Part shown: piece by piece, positions 1 to 7,617 of the stretch
Layout of the letters: each line of letters starts with the position of its first letter
Numbering within the stretch: the first letter of the stretch is position 1
DNA from: a virus
IMG/VR virus record: IMGVR_UViG_3300046485_000051
Span: 1-64,000 of that record
DNA: 64,000 nucleotides
Strand: one strand, 5' to 3'
Notes under the pieces: generated by a model
Told to the model about the DNA's origin: nothing
The model's database searches: none
The model's input: the letters and a program-made list of their open reading frames with translations, nothing else
Program-made: the position numbers and the translations under genes

Positions 1-131
1 GCATGGAGGACGAGCCAGGAGAATACCTCTTCGGCGGAGCCGCCGGGGAGGAGACCGTAACAGTTGAAATGCAGGTTTCCCGCAGCGGCAAAGATTCGGA
101 CTGGAATACCATCCACGGAGACCCTCGCTAA
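1..131 (+). CDS. 3' end of a gene entering from upstream of the window (or a 43-aa ORF from ATG at 3)
   Basis: Frame is open from the window edge to TAA at 129-131. The next ATG lies 2 nt later. Confidence 0.3.
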   Translation, partial: MEDEPGEYLFGGAAGEETVTVEMQVSRSGKDSDWNTIHGDPR

Positions 132-132
132 T

Positions 133-573
133 ATGAACGCCACTCACCCACTCGACGGTCTCTACCACGCGGCCCTGGGCTTCCCCGCCGGCATCCTCGA
201 AAGGGTTTGCCAGTCGTTCAAGCTGGAGCTGACGCCGCATGCCCGCATGGCGCTAGTCAATGACAAGTTTCTCTCCGAGGCCGTCGCCGATGGCCGCTCA
301 GAATACCCTGGCCGCTCAGAATACCCTGGCCGCTTCAATGCGCCGGACCTCATGCCCGGCCTGGTCTTTGTGCAGCCTTCCCACGTCGTCGAGGTCGAGG
401 TATCGGGCGGAGCCCCGACGAAGGTTCTCGTGCGGCTGCCGGCGACCAGCAAGTTCGACGTGGTGCTGGCGCTCGTGCCGGTCGGCTGGCGCGCTCGCGT
501 TAAGACTCTTTGGCTCAACCGCCGAGCCGACAACCACCAAACCCTAGATACAACCCAATACAGAAAACCATGA
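133..573 (+). CDS. Hypothetical protein carrying a GRSEYP tandem duplication
   Basis: ORF 64..573 trimmed to its first ATG (133), which follows the upstream stop. Its stop overlaps the next start (ATGA at 570-573). Confidence 0.5.
   Translation: MNATHPLDGLYHAALGFPAGILERVCQSFKLELTPHARMALVNDKFLSEAVADGRSEYPGRSEYPGRFNAPDLMPGLVFVQPSHVVEVEVSGGAPTKVLVRLPATSKFDVVLALVPVGWRARVKTLWLNRRADNHQTLDTTQYRKP
292..335 (+). repeat. 18-bp tandem repeat ggccgctcagaataccct, 2.4 copies (encodes GRSEYP-GRSEYP-GR)
   Basis: Perfect copies at 292-309 and 310-327, partial third copy at 328-335. Confidence 0.9.
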
Positions 574-1136
574 AGTTCTACGCTATCCTCATTTCCCTTC
601 TGCTCCTCGCTGCCGGCGCTCGGGCACAGACCAACGTCGCGCTGTCCTGGCCCTGGGCCGGGCCGAATAACACCGACTTCGCCGTCTACGCCTCGACTAG
701 CATAACCAAGCCGCCGGTGTCGTGGTCGCTGCTGACCAACACGACAGAGAAGGCGGTCGTGCTCCAGCGGCGCGTGCGGGCGAGCCGGCCCCAGGAGTAT
801 TACTTCGTGATTGCGAGGTATCTGACCACGCCGCCGGCACCGACAAACTCAACTGTAACCTTGGCCTGGGATGCCAGCACCGGCACGAACGTCGTTGACT
901 ACAAGGTCTACCAGGGCATTGCCAGCGGGACCTACACCAACAGCACCAACTCTAGCGGCCTGTTGACGGTGACGCTGCCAGTTGACCCAAGCGTAGCCAA
1001 CTATTTTGCGGCGACTGCTCTCGCTGATAACGGCCTGGAGAGTGATTTCTCCAACGAGGTCTCCTGCGGGCCAGTATCCCTGCCTTCCACAACAAACCTC
1101 GTTAGCGTGCCGAACCTAGCCATAAAATTACAATAG
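570..1136 (+). CDS. Secreted fibronectin type III-like protein
   Basis: N-terminal signal peptide MKFYAILISLLLLAAGARAQ. FN3-like stretch VTLAWDAS..VVDYKVYQG..YFAATALADNGLESDFSNEV. Confidence 0.65.
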   Translation: MKFYAILISLLLLAAGARAQTNVALSWPWAGPNNTDFAVYASTSITKPPVSWSLLTNTTEKAVVLQRRVRASRPQEYYFVIARYLTTPPAPTNSTVTLAWDASTGTNVVDYKVYQGIASGTYTNSTNSSGLLTVTLPVDPSVANYFAATALADNGLESDFSNEVSCGPVSLPSTTNLVSVPNLAIKLQ

Positions 1137-1138
1137 CC

Positions 1139-1408
1139 ATGAGACCCAACTACACCCCTCAAACAGTAACGCCACAAGAGGCCGAGCGGCTCAACACGAA
1201 ATGCACCTGCGGCCGGGTGAAGCTGGCTAAGCAGAAAGCCTGCTGGCTCTGCACACTGCGAACCTCTGAGAAATCCTGTCACAAGTGCGGGGCGGAGCCG
1301 ATGCCTGGAAAGACACTCTGCCGTGAGTGCGCGCAAAAGGCTGTGCTGGCAGATGCCGCCGATCATCGGCGCTATGTCCTGCTCGCCTGGCCGTCGGCCA
1401 GGCGATAA
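1139..1408 (+). CDS. Cys-rich zinc-ribbon-like protein; probably the N-terminal part of a frameshifted ZnF-LuxR regulator
   Basis: CxC..CxxC..CxxC..CxxC pattern (KCTCG, CWLC, CHKCG, CREC). The C-terminal HRRYVLLA resembles the first helix of a LuxR HTH domain. Confidence 0.5.
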   Translation: MRPNYTPQTVTPQEAERLNTKCTCGRVKLAKQKACWLCTLRTSEKSCHKCGAEPMPGKTLCRECAQKAVLADAADHRRYVLLAWPSARR

Positions 1409-1545
1409 AAGTCGTGGCGCGAGACATGGGGCTGTCTGAGAAGACCGTAGAATACCACTGGGCCGAAGCAAGGAAGCTCTTTGGCCTGCATACCTACGTT
1501 GACGCCTGCCGGTTCGCAATCCGCAATAACCTAATGACCGCCTGA
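1327..1545 (+). CDS. LuxR/GerE-type helix-turn-helix domain ORF, in the -1 frame relative to 1139..1408
   Basis: LAVGQAIKVVARDMGLSEKTVEYHWAEARKLFGLHTYVDACRFAIRNNL aligns with the LuxR C-terminal HTH consensus. GTG start; overlaps the upstream ORF by 82 nt. Confidence 0.55.
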   Translation: MRAKGCAGRCRRSSALCPARLAVGQAIKVVARDMGLSEKTVEYHWAEARKLFGLHTYVDACRFAIRNNLMTA

Positions 1546-1549
1546 ATTT

Positions 1550-2326
1550 ATGGAAAACAAATCAAAGCAAGCCTACAACGTAAACGAACTGCGCGAAGTC
1601 GCCGATGACATGGGCCGAGGCTGGCCTATCACAATGCAGGAAATGTGCCTGGCTCTCGACGATGCCGAGCGCTACCAGAAGCTCAAGGCGCGGCTGCCAG
1701 AGCCCGAGCGCTTAGCCAGCGCGCTGCTGGACTTCTCGAAGGACTGTGAACTGGGCGAGGACCTGGGATACAACGACCGGGAGCCCTGGGCCACACGCCG
1801 CAACATTGTCCGGCAACTCATGCGCGCCGCTGGACTAAACCCGACAAACCTGGACGCCTTTGACAACCCGCTGCCCATGCCGACAGAAGTGGAATGCGTC
1901 GCCGCTCAAGCCGGGGACCCGCTCGACAGAATGCCGGCGGCCCTGTTGGAACCCCGCGAGTGGACTCTGGGCGATATATGGCTGAGCACTGCCGGGTCTA
2001 TAATGACAGTTGTGGAAATCGGAAGCCCAGAAGGGAAACCGGCTTGGGCTATCTGCACGACTGAGGACGGCGTCCGCTTCCTAATCACGCAAGGCTTTGT
2101 GCCGACCGGCTGGACGCATGTGCTCGACGCGAAGAAGCGAGACGCCGCGATAGCCGAGGCAGCGAAGCCAGCGCCGGCCTGCTGCGGCAACTGCAAGCAC
2201 TGGGATATTGCTGGTGAGAATGCCCAGGCGAGGGGCTGGTGCCCGGTCTTCCAATGCCTGACCAGCCGACACTGCATATCGCCTGAGCACGAAAGCATGA
2301 ACTGCCCATACTACTCGCGAGCATGA
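1550..2326 (+). CDS. Hypothetical protein with Cys-rich C-terminus
   Basis: 258-aa ORF in the operon. C-terminal CCGNCKHW..WCPVFQC..HC..NCPYY cluster. Stop overlaps the next start (ATGA). Confidence 0.55.
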   Translation: MENKSKQAYNVNELREVADDMGRGWPITMQEMCLALDDAERYQKLKARLPEPERLASALLDFSKDCELGEDLGYNDREPWATRRNIVRQLMRAAGLNPTNLDAFDNPLPMPTEVECVAAQAGDPLDRMPAALLEPREWTLGDIWLSTAGSIMTVVEIGSPEGKPAWAICTTEDGVRFLITQGFVPTGWTHVLDAKKRDAAIAEAAKPAPACCGNCKHWDIAGENAQARGWCPVFQCLTSRHCISPEHESMNCPYYSRA

Positions 2327-2544
2327 GCGAGCCGCTTTATTTTGAAGGGCCTTTTGCGCCCGAGGAGTTGGTCAAGCGAGCAATCATCAATACAGCATGG
2401 CGCAGCTCGCGCCGGCGGCAGTCGCAACTCTGCTGGGTTATCGCGCACGACCTCTTCGGCCTGGGCTCAACTTCAAGTGTTCGCCTGTGCGAGCGCGTCG
2501 GCATTAACCCGTTCGCCGAGGCCCAGGACATTCTCCCTCACTAA
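2323..2544 (+). CDS. Hypothetical small protein
   Basis: ATGA start/stop overlap with the upstream gene; 73 aa. Confidence 0.45.
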   Translation: MSEPLYFEGPFAPEELVKRAIINTAWRSSRRRQSQLCWVIAHDLFGLGSTSSVRLCERVGINPFAEAQDILPH

Positions 2545-2547
2545 AAT

Positions 2548-2820
2548 ATGGCAACCTTCGGACTTCAATGCGACGCGATTACGCGCAAGGGCAATCGGTG
2601 CAAGCGCAAGAACCACTGGGAAATCCCCTGCACTGCTGTCTATGACGCGCGCTGTAGTTCTTACCGCGCCCAAGAGTATAAACCTGTCCGCCTGTGCCGG
2701 CAGCACGGTCGGGACCAGAGCCAGCACGCCGGCATGGGCCAGGCGCTCGTGCATTGGACAAACGAGGGTCAACGTATTTTTGATTCTTGCTTCGACTCCC
2801 TCGACTCTGCTATGCTGTAA
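2548..2820 (+). CDS. Hypothetical basic Cys-containing protein
   Basis: ATG 4 nt after the upstream stop; 90 aa. Confidence 0.45.
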   Translation: MATFGLQCDAITRKGNRCKRKNHWEIPCTAVYDARCSSYRAQEYKPVRLCRQHGRDQSQHAGMGQALVHWTNEGQRIFDSCFDSLDSAML

Positions 2821-2826
2821 CCCTGG

Positions 2827-3462
2827 ATGGCAAGCTCACGCGCATATCTTTGGCAGGCGGCTTTCGTCGCCTATTGTAACGGGACGCCCGAGGAGGAAAT
2901 CTCTCAGGTGTTCTCAATACCACTCGACACCCTCAACGACCGAATGGCGTTTGAGGGCTGGCGGGCACTGCGCACAAAGATGCCAATGGCGATGACGGTA
3001 ACGGGCGACGCGCAACTGCCGGCGAAGACAGAGGCCAAGCTCGCCGTCATCAATGAGAACCGGCAGAAGAACCTGGCGGTATTCACTGACCTGCGCGACC
3101 GACTGGTCGAGAAGCTGACAGCATGGCGCGACGGAAAGCTCAAGGTCCAGAAGGCTTTCAACTTCAAGGGCATAATCACGACGCACGAGGCCGACCCAGG
3201 CCCAGGCGACTGGGTGAACATCGCGACGTTTGCCCAGACCATTGCGCAGGGCACCTACCGGGCGTTAGGCGATTTCCAGGCGCAGGACAAGCCAGGGCAG
3301 GATGCCATAGGCGGCCAACTGACTGCGCCGGCCGGACCAGCAATTACAATTATCATGCCTGGCGCTGTGGCGTTCCCTCGCGAGGCGCGGGGCGTTGCAG
3401 AGGCCAAGGCTGGCAAGGTCATTGATATTGGGGAAGTGAAACCAGAAGACCCGAAGCCATGA
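2827..3462 (+). CDS. HTH-like N-terminus plus coiled-coil protein; weak candidate small terminase subunit
   Basis: N-terminal AAFVAYCNGTPEEEISQVFSIPLDTLNDRMAFEGW looks like TerS-type HTH regions. It lies 6 kb away from terL. Confidence 0.45.
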   Translation: MASSRAYLWQAAFVAYCNGTPEEEISQVFSIPLDTLNDRMAFEGWRALRTKMPMAMTVTGDAQLPAKTEAKLAVINENRQKNLAVFTDLRDRLVEKLTAWRDGKLKVQKAFNFKGIITTHEADPGPGDWVNIATFAQTIAQGTYRALGDFQAQDKPGQDAIGGQLTAPAGPAITIIMPGAVAFPREARGVAEAKAGKVIDIGEVKPEDPKP

Positions 3463-3677
3463 GCGACGACTACGAGCCCACGCCTGCCTACGCGGCCGAC
3501 TTCGTCAACGAGGCCCTGGATTACATCATCGAGCAGACCCGCTGGGCCAACGCCTTCCCCAAGAAATCGCTGGAGCGCATACGGCTGACGTGTGAAGCAG
3601 TGAAGGCCGGCCAGCCGTTGCCGTTCAAACGGATTCTGAAAGACTTAGGGTCAACCTTGCCGGTGGCGACCCTGTGA
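3459..3677 (+). CDS. Hypothetical small protein
   Basis: ATGA overlap with the upstream gene; 72 aa. Confidence 0.45.
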   Translation: MSDDYEPTPAYAADFVNEALDYIIEQTRWANAFPKKSLERIRLTCEAVKAGQPLPFKRILKDLGSTLPVATL

Positions 3678-3809
3678 AAACTAAAACGCAGTAACCGGAT
3701 TTGTCCGGCGCAGGCGGGAAGTCCCAAGGACGGGATGGCCCCAAGCGAGGCTATAAGCCACCGATGAGAAACCTCTGGGCCACTCATCTGCGCCGTGACT
3801 CTTTTTGTA

Positions 3810-4094
3810 ATGCTTGACACAGAGAAACTGCTTAAGATTGCCAGGCTCGCGCTGGAAATTAATACTATGAAAACAGAAGAACTACTTAATCGCATCCAGG
3901 ACTATCTGAGCAATGGCGGGCTGTTCAACCCCGAACTGATGGAGCCCGACAAGGTGCGCGCTCTACTGCTGGACTGTCGAGACCATATCCAGGCGGAGCC
4001 CCGAACCAGCAAGCCGCCGCTGGGCGTGATGCCGAGAGCCATTTGGATAGAGAAGCACCGGCAGGAGCTTAGCCGAGCCATCCAGGAGCATTGA
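3810..4094 (+). CDS. Hypothetical protein (start uncertain: GTG 3795, ATG 3810 or ATG 3867)
   Basis: ORF 3795..4094 with in-frame ATGs at 3810 and 3867. Confidence 0.4.
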   Translation: MLDTEKLLKIARLALEINTMKTEELLNRIQDYLSNGGLFNPELMEPDKVRALLLDCRDHIQAEPRTSKPPLGVMPRAIWIEKHRQELSRAIQEH

Positions 4095-4149
4095 GCGCCG
4101 GCCTGCATGAGCCGCTCAATGCCTGGTGGACAGAACTCCAATCCCTAGT

Positions 4150-4986
4150 ATGAAACACCGTTATATTGTATATAACCCGCCCTACAACGCCTGCTCGGCC
4201 GGCGTTCGCATGATGCACTACATACCGACGCTGCTCGACATGCTCGGGCTGCCAGTGTTGGTCAAGGAGCCCTGCCAGTTTAATCCCTTGCTGGGCGTGA
4301 CAGCGAGCGCTGGCCCGTTCAACCCCCTGCTGGGCGCGCCGGCAGTAGCTTGCGAGGGCGACGTGGCAATCTATGCGGACTACATCACCGGCAACCCGTT
4401 CGGGGCTGACCGATGCGTCCGCTTCCTGTGTTGCCCTAAGAGCCGGTTTACCGCGCGCCGCCTGGCGGCAGGCGACTGGCCCGGCACAGCCAAAGAGACC
4501 TTCGGGTCCTACCAGGAGGGCTACCTCGAACCGAACGACGGTATGACGCCGGCTGACTGCGTGACAATCCCCACCATCGAGGCCGCAGCTTGGCTGTTTG
4601 CCGAGCCCAAGACAATCCCAGCGCTCCTTTACGTCGGCAATAAAGGCAACGTAAAGGTCGGGCCGGACCTGGAGAACCTGCCGCGCATCGGCTATGGCGG
4701 CGGAGGGCTAGGCGACCGGGAGCGGACGCTCGCCCTGCTGCGCAAGACAGCGGCCATCTACACGACCGACCTGGACACCGTAATGGTCCACGAGGCGGCG
4801 CTGGCGGGCTGTAAGGTGTTCTACGTCCTCGGAAAGGGCGATTACCGCGAGCGCCAGGGCTCCCCAGGCGAGTTGATTAGCCAGGCGATGGGATTTACCA
4901 TGCGGCCTGCTCGCGACGCCGGGAAGGCGGCAACGCTGCACGCCTTGGCCTGCTTTGGGCTCGGGTTGAACCCTGCCGACTTCTAA
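4150..4986 (+). CDS. Hypothetical protein, possibly glycosyltransferase-like (GT-B-like C-terminal EAALAGCKVFYV)
   Basis: ORF 4126..4986 trimmed to ATG 4150. FNPLLG occurs twice. The C-terminal motif resembles the GT1 family E..G.PV region. Weak. Confidence 0.45.
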   Translation: MKHRYIVYNPPYNACSAGVRMMHYIPTLLDMLGLPVLVKEPCQFNPLLGVTASAGPFNPLLGAPAVACEGDVAIYADYITGNPFGADRCVRFLCCPKSRFTARRLAAGDWPGTAKETFGSYQEGYLEPNDGMTPADCVTIPTIEAAAWLFAEPKTIPALLYVGNKGNVKVGPDLENLPRIGYGGGGLGDRERTLALLRKTAAIYTTDLDTVMVHEAALAGCKVFYVLGKGDYRERQGSPGELISQAMGFTMRPARDAGKAATLHALACFGLGLNPADF

Positions 4987-5033
4987 CCCCTGGACGGTGC
5001 TCCGCTGGGCCTAACTGTCTAAATAAAGACACC

Positions 5034-5582
5034 ATGAGCGGAAAGCCACAGTTAGCGCTGGTCTATGTGGTCGAGTGCGAGGGCTGGGTCAAGGTCGGGA
5101 TAACCCGCCACCTAACGCCCAGAATGAGCGTGATGCAGGTCTGCAATCCCTTCCCCATCACAGTCCTGGCAGCCTGGGAGGCCGCAGATGCCGCCGGCGA
5201 GGAAAGGGCCATTCACGCCACGCTGGGAGCGCTGGCGAAGCGCCGGGGCGAGTGGTTCGAGGTAGCCGACCTGCGGACCTTCTGGATGGTTGTCCGGCTA
5301 ATCAGGTGGCGAATGCCCAAGCGGAGCACCGAGCCGAAGGCTAGGCGTAAGCGCGGTGGGCAACCAGGTCTTAGGCGAAGCACCGAGCCCGAACCCAAGC
5401 CCCTCCGATACCAGAGGCCAGGCCGAAGGCGGAGCACCGCAGGCCACCCTAAGCCGCCATTCGTGCCCTACCTCACCAGCAGAAAAGGCCGCTGTAGGGC
5501 AAGCGCGACCGCGCCGACCCTCCCGCCGGCCTCGGTGCTCGAACCCACAATTTCGGGGGCGGAAATAAGCGTAAGTGCCTGA
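5034..5582 (+). CDS. T5orf172 (GIY-YIG-like, MUG113-type) domain protein with a basic repetitive tail
   Basis: LVYVVECEGWVKVGITRHL..EERAIHATLG..RRGEWFEV matches the T5orf172 pattern. The C-terminus has 3 x 18-aa [KR]RST-type repeats. Confidence 0.65.
   Translation: MSGKPQLALVYVVECEGWVKVGITRHLTPRMSVMQVCNPFPITVLAAWEAADAAGEERAIHATLGALAKRRGEWFEVADLRTFWMVVRLIRWRMPKRSTEPKARRKRGGQPGLRRSTEPEPKPLRYQRPGRRRSTAGHPKPPFVPYLTSRKGRCRASATAPTLPPASVLEPTISGAEISVSA
5321..5482 (+). repeat. Imperfect 54-bp (18-aa) repeat x3 inside the T5orf172 gene
   Basis: gcg[ga]agcaccg starts at 5321, 5375 and 5429, an exact 54-nt period. Confidence 0.7.
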
Positions 5583-6065
5583 GCCTAGCGGAGTTCCACC
5601 AACTCTAAATACAACGTATATTGTGCGAACACGCACGCACAAGTGACTGTCAATACAGAGGTTAGCGCGGATGGCTAGATAGGCGCTTGGAGGCACGAGG
5701 GCCTGGTCGCGGGCGGAGCGCCGACCAGGAGCACGAGGAGGCGCGAAGTGTTCGATGATTGCTAAGTGCCGTATTGACAGGCACCTATCTCCACTTTCCT
5801 AAACCTGGTTCCATCCAGGGGTGTCAAAGTGGGCGGGGAGTCACAGACACACTGAGGCACCTACCACCCCCGCCGGCATGCCTGTATCTGGTTGTGAATA
5901 CAGAAGATGCGCCGACGTATTCGCACAGTATTTTAGGGGGTGGGGGTCAAAAATGGGTCCTCCCCTAAGATTCCCGCCCCGGTGCCGGCCCGGAGTTTTC
6001 TACGGGGCTCCGCCCGGCCGCCAGCCAAACCCAAACTCGAAAGTCGAATTCCCCTTTCTCTCTAT
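5583..6065 (+). other. Non-coding region with nested inverted repeats (candidate structured RNA or origin-like element)
   Basis: Outer pair 5619-5629/5920-5930, inner pair 5647-5656/5771-5780, central hairpin 5702-5709/5722-5729, extra hairpin 5933-5939/5962-5968. ORFs here look non-coding. Confidence 0.35.
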
Positions 6066-6140
6066 ACCTTACTTCTTTTTAATTTAAATAATAATAATAG
6101 TAATAATATAAGAAAGAATGAAGTAAGAAAGTGTTTGTAA
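6066..6140. other. AT-rich island with (AAT)n-like run in a GC-rich genome (DNA-unwinding element or UP-element/promoter region)
   Basis: acttctttttaatttaaataataataatagtaataatataagaaagaatgaagtaagaaag lies directly upstream of the 6170 gene. Confidence 0.5.
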
Positions 6141-6169
6141 GAAGCTCCCCCACCTGCTACGCTGTGGTC

Positions 6170-6562
6170 ATGCGATACCTATTCCTTGCTCTCGACACCA
6201 GCACCGGCAAAGGCGACGTGGTTTGCCAAACTGACGACCCTGCGGCTGTAGCCACCGGCTGCCGGGTTCTGTTCGACGCCGTGGCGGCAGCCGGCGCTCC
6301 GCCCAAGCGGACAACCCTGGTGCCCGGTAAACCTGGAGCCAAAGGGAAGCCGCTCCGTGTCATTTCTCTGGCTGAGGACTACGACGGCGTCCTCAAGGTC
6401 GGCGATGCCTTTCCTTCCGGGCGGGACGCGAGCGCCGCTTTGGGGTTCCTCTACAGCGCGGTCTCGATTGCGTTAGCCCAGGCGAAGCACCGGGGAGAGA
6501 CCGCCGCAGTCGTGCGCGGCGTCGAGTTTTCTTACGACGAAGACATTGGCACCGGCAACTGA
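6170..6562 (+). CDS. Small DNA-binding protein with C-terminal NUMOD1-like HTH (paralog of 7981..8421)
   Basis: GDAFPSGRDASAALGF..VSIAL..GETAAVVRGVEFSYDED fits the F.S..eAa..lG....i......G..F.Y pattern. The N-terminus aligns with the paralog only from ATG 6170. Confidence 0.55.
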   Translation: MRYLFLALDTSTGKGDVVCQTDDPAAVATGCRVLFDAVAAAGAPPKRTTLVPGKPGAKGKPLRVISLAEDYDGVLKVGDAFPSGRDASAALGFLYSAVSIALAQAKHRGETAAVVRGVEFSYDEDIGTGN

Positions 6563-6620
6563 AAAAGATTCTTCACGAAATATGTTGACCTCCAGCCGCC
6601 TGATGTTGTAAAGTTGAGTC

Positions 6621-6734
6621 ATGCTTAGCTGTTTTCTTGCCGCGCTCGGCGGCTGTGTGGTCGGTATCACGGGCACCCTGCTCGTCCTGGTGGTCTTCCT
6701 GGCCGCCGGGATGGAGAAGTTGGGAGGACACTGA
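6621..6734 (+). CDS. 37-aa membrane peptide (below the ORF-track cutoff)
   Basis: MLSCFLAALGGCVVGITGTLLVLVVFLAAGMEKLGGH. Its stop is followed 1 nt later by the next ATG. Confidence 0.35.
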   Translation: MLSCFLAALGGCVVGITGTLLVLVVFLAAGMEKLGGH

Positions 6735-6735
6735 T

Positions 6736-6861
6736 ATGGCCTTTTTCACGGTGAGATTTCTCTTCATACCCGTCGCGGTCGTCGCCTATTCGCGGGGAGG
6801 GCTACACTGGCGGGAGCTTCTAGTCTTCGGCTTCCGTGTGGCCTATTGGACCCTGGTTTAA
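6736..6861 (+). CDS. 41-aa membrane peptide
   Basis: MAFFTVRFLFIPVAVVAYSRGGLHWRELLVFGFRVAYWTLV, tightly packed between neighbouring genes. Confidence 0.35.
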   Translation: MAFFTVRFLFIPVAVVAYSRGGLHWRELLVFGFRVAYWTLV

Positions 6862-6862
6862 T

Positions 6863-7126
6863 ATGGCAATCCCCCTTGGCAACTACGCGGGCAAGGGTCC
6901 GCTAAAACACCTGCACTGCTCGACGCGGCTCTTTCGTGCTGAGCATGACCGAATCTTCGGCGGCAAGCCGCACAAGCAACTGAAGCTCAAGCTGGAGGAC
7001 AAGCGTTTGAAGTTCCCGGGTGAGTCCGCCGGCTGCCCTCACCACACTGAGTATCAGGCCAAGCGCCAGCCGCAGTGTAACTGCCAGGTGTGTTGGCGTA
7101 TCTGGCGCGCCCAGAGGGACCGATGA
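6863..7126 (+). CDS. Hypothetical Cys/His-rich small protein
   Basis: ATG 1 nt after the upstream TAA. Carries CPHH..CNCQVC. Confidence 0.45.
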   Translation: MAIPLGNYAGKGPLKHLHCSTRLFRAEHDRIFGGKPHKQLKLKLEDKRLKFPGESAGCPHHTEYQAKRQPQCNCQVCWRIWRAQRDR

Positions 7127-7452
7127 ACGAACTATTCCTTTGTGGCTTCACTTTAGCGCTGGGCTCCCTGCTGCTCCTGGTGCTGGATTTAATCGCGCGG
7201 CAGACTAGACAACAACTCCGAACCGAAAGAAATATTATGGCCAAACTATCCGAACTACCGGGACTCATCAATGGCTGCACTACTCAGTTGCAGGCCGCCG
7301 CCGACCGCATCACTGCTGCCCTGGCGAACCAGACTGACCCTGAACTGAGCCCGACGCTGACCGACAGCCTCAACATCTTGACGACTCAGACCGCCGCTAT
7401 CGTCGCGCTGGTGCCACCCGCGCCCGAGCCGACACCGACTCCCGCGACGTAA
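7123..7452 (+). CDS. Membrane-anchored hypothetical protein
   Basis: ATGA overlap. N-terminal TM segment LFLCGFTLALGSLLLLVLDLI and a Pro-rich C-terminus. Confidence 0.5.
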   Translation: MNELFLCGFTLALGSLLLLVLDLIARQTRQQLRTERNIMAKLSELPGLINGCTTQLQAAADRITAALANQTDPELSPTLTDSLNILTTQTAAIVALVPPAPEPTPTPAT

Positions 7453-7554
7453 ACGATTCAACCGGGTGTGCGAGTGAAACCGCGCGTGTTTCAACCCGAG
7501 AACCCCGAGGCCCTCAAGGTGCGAGCAGTGCCTCCTCGGGAGTGAACTGAGGGA

Positions 7555-7617
7555 TGCCGTCTCGTGACCGAGCCTGGTGCTTTGCCCCGGAGGCGCGGGA
7601 CGGCAGTTTTTGATTTT
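7555..7617 (+). terminator. Putative intrinsic terminator closing the 6170-7452 operon
   Basis: tgccgtc (7555-7561) pairs with gacggca (7599-7605) around a long loop, followed by gtttttgatttt. Confidence 0.4.

Noticed and set aside
2342-2995. A 217-aa plus-strand ORF spanning three annotated small genes.
   Set aside because: It runs out of frame across 2323..2544, 2548..2820 and 2827..3462. It is Ser/Arg/Ala-rich without motifs, and the three shorter genes have coupled starts.
4150-4200. An IVYNPPYN motif suggesting an N6-adenine or N4-cytosine DNA methyltransferase.
   Set aside because: I could read no SAM-binding FxGxG/GSG motif or other MTase motifs in the 278-aa protein. The NPPY is most likely coincidental.
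5759-6140. ORFs 5759..5968, 5821..6087 and 5940..6140 (and 5298..5696 on the minus strand) in the 5.6-6.1 kb gap.
   Set aside because: Their translations are low-complexity (Pro/Gly/Arg runs, poly-Asn from the AT tract). They overlap each other in different frames and lack start-codon context, so the region is treated as non-coding.
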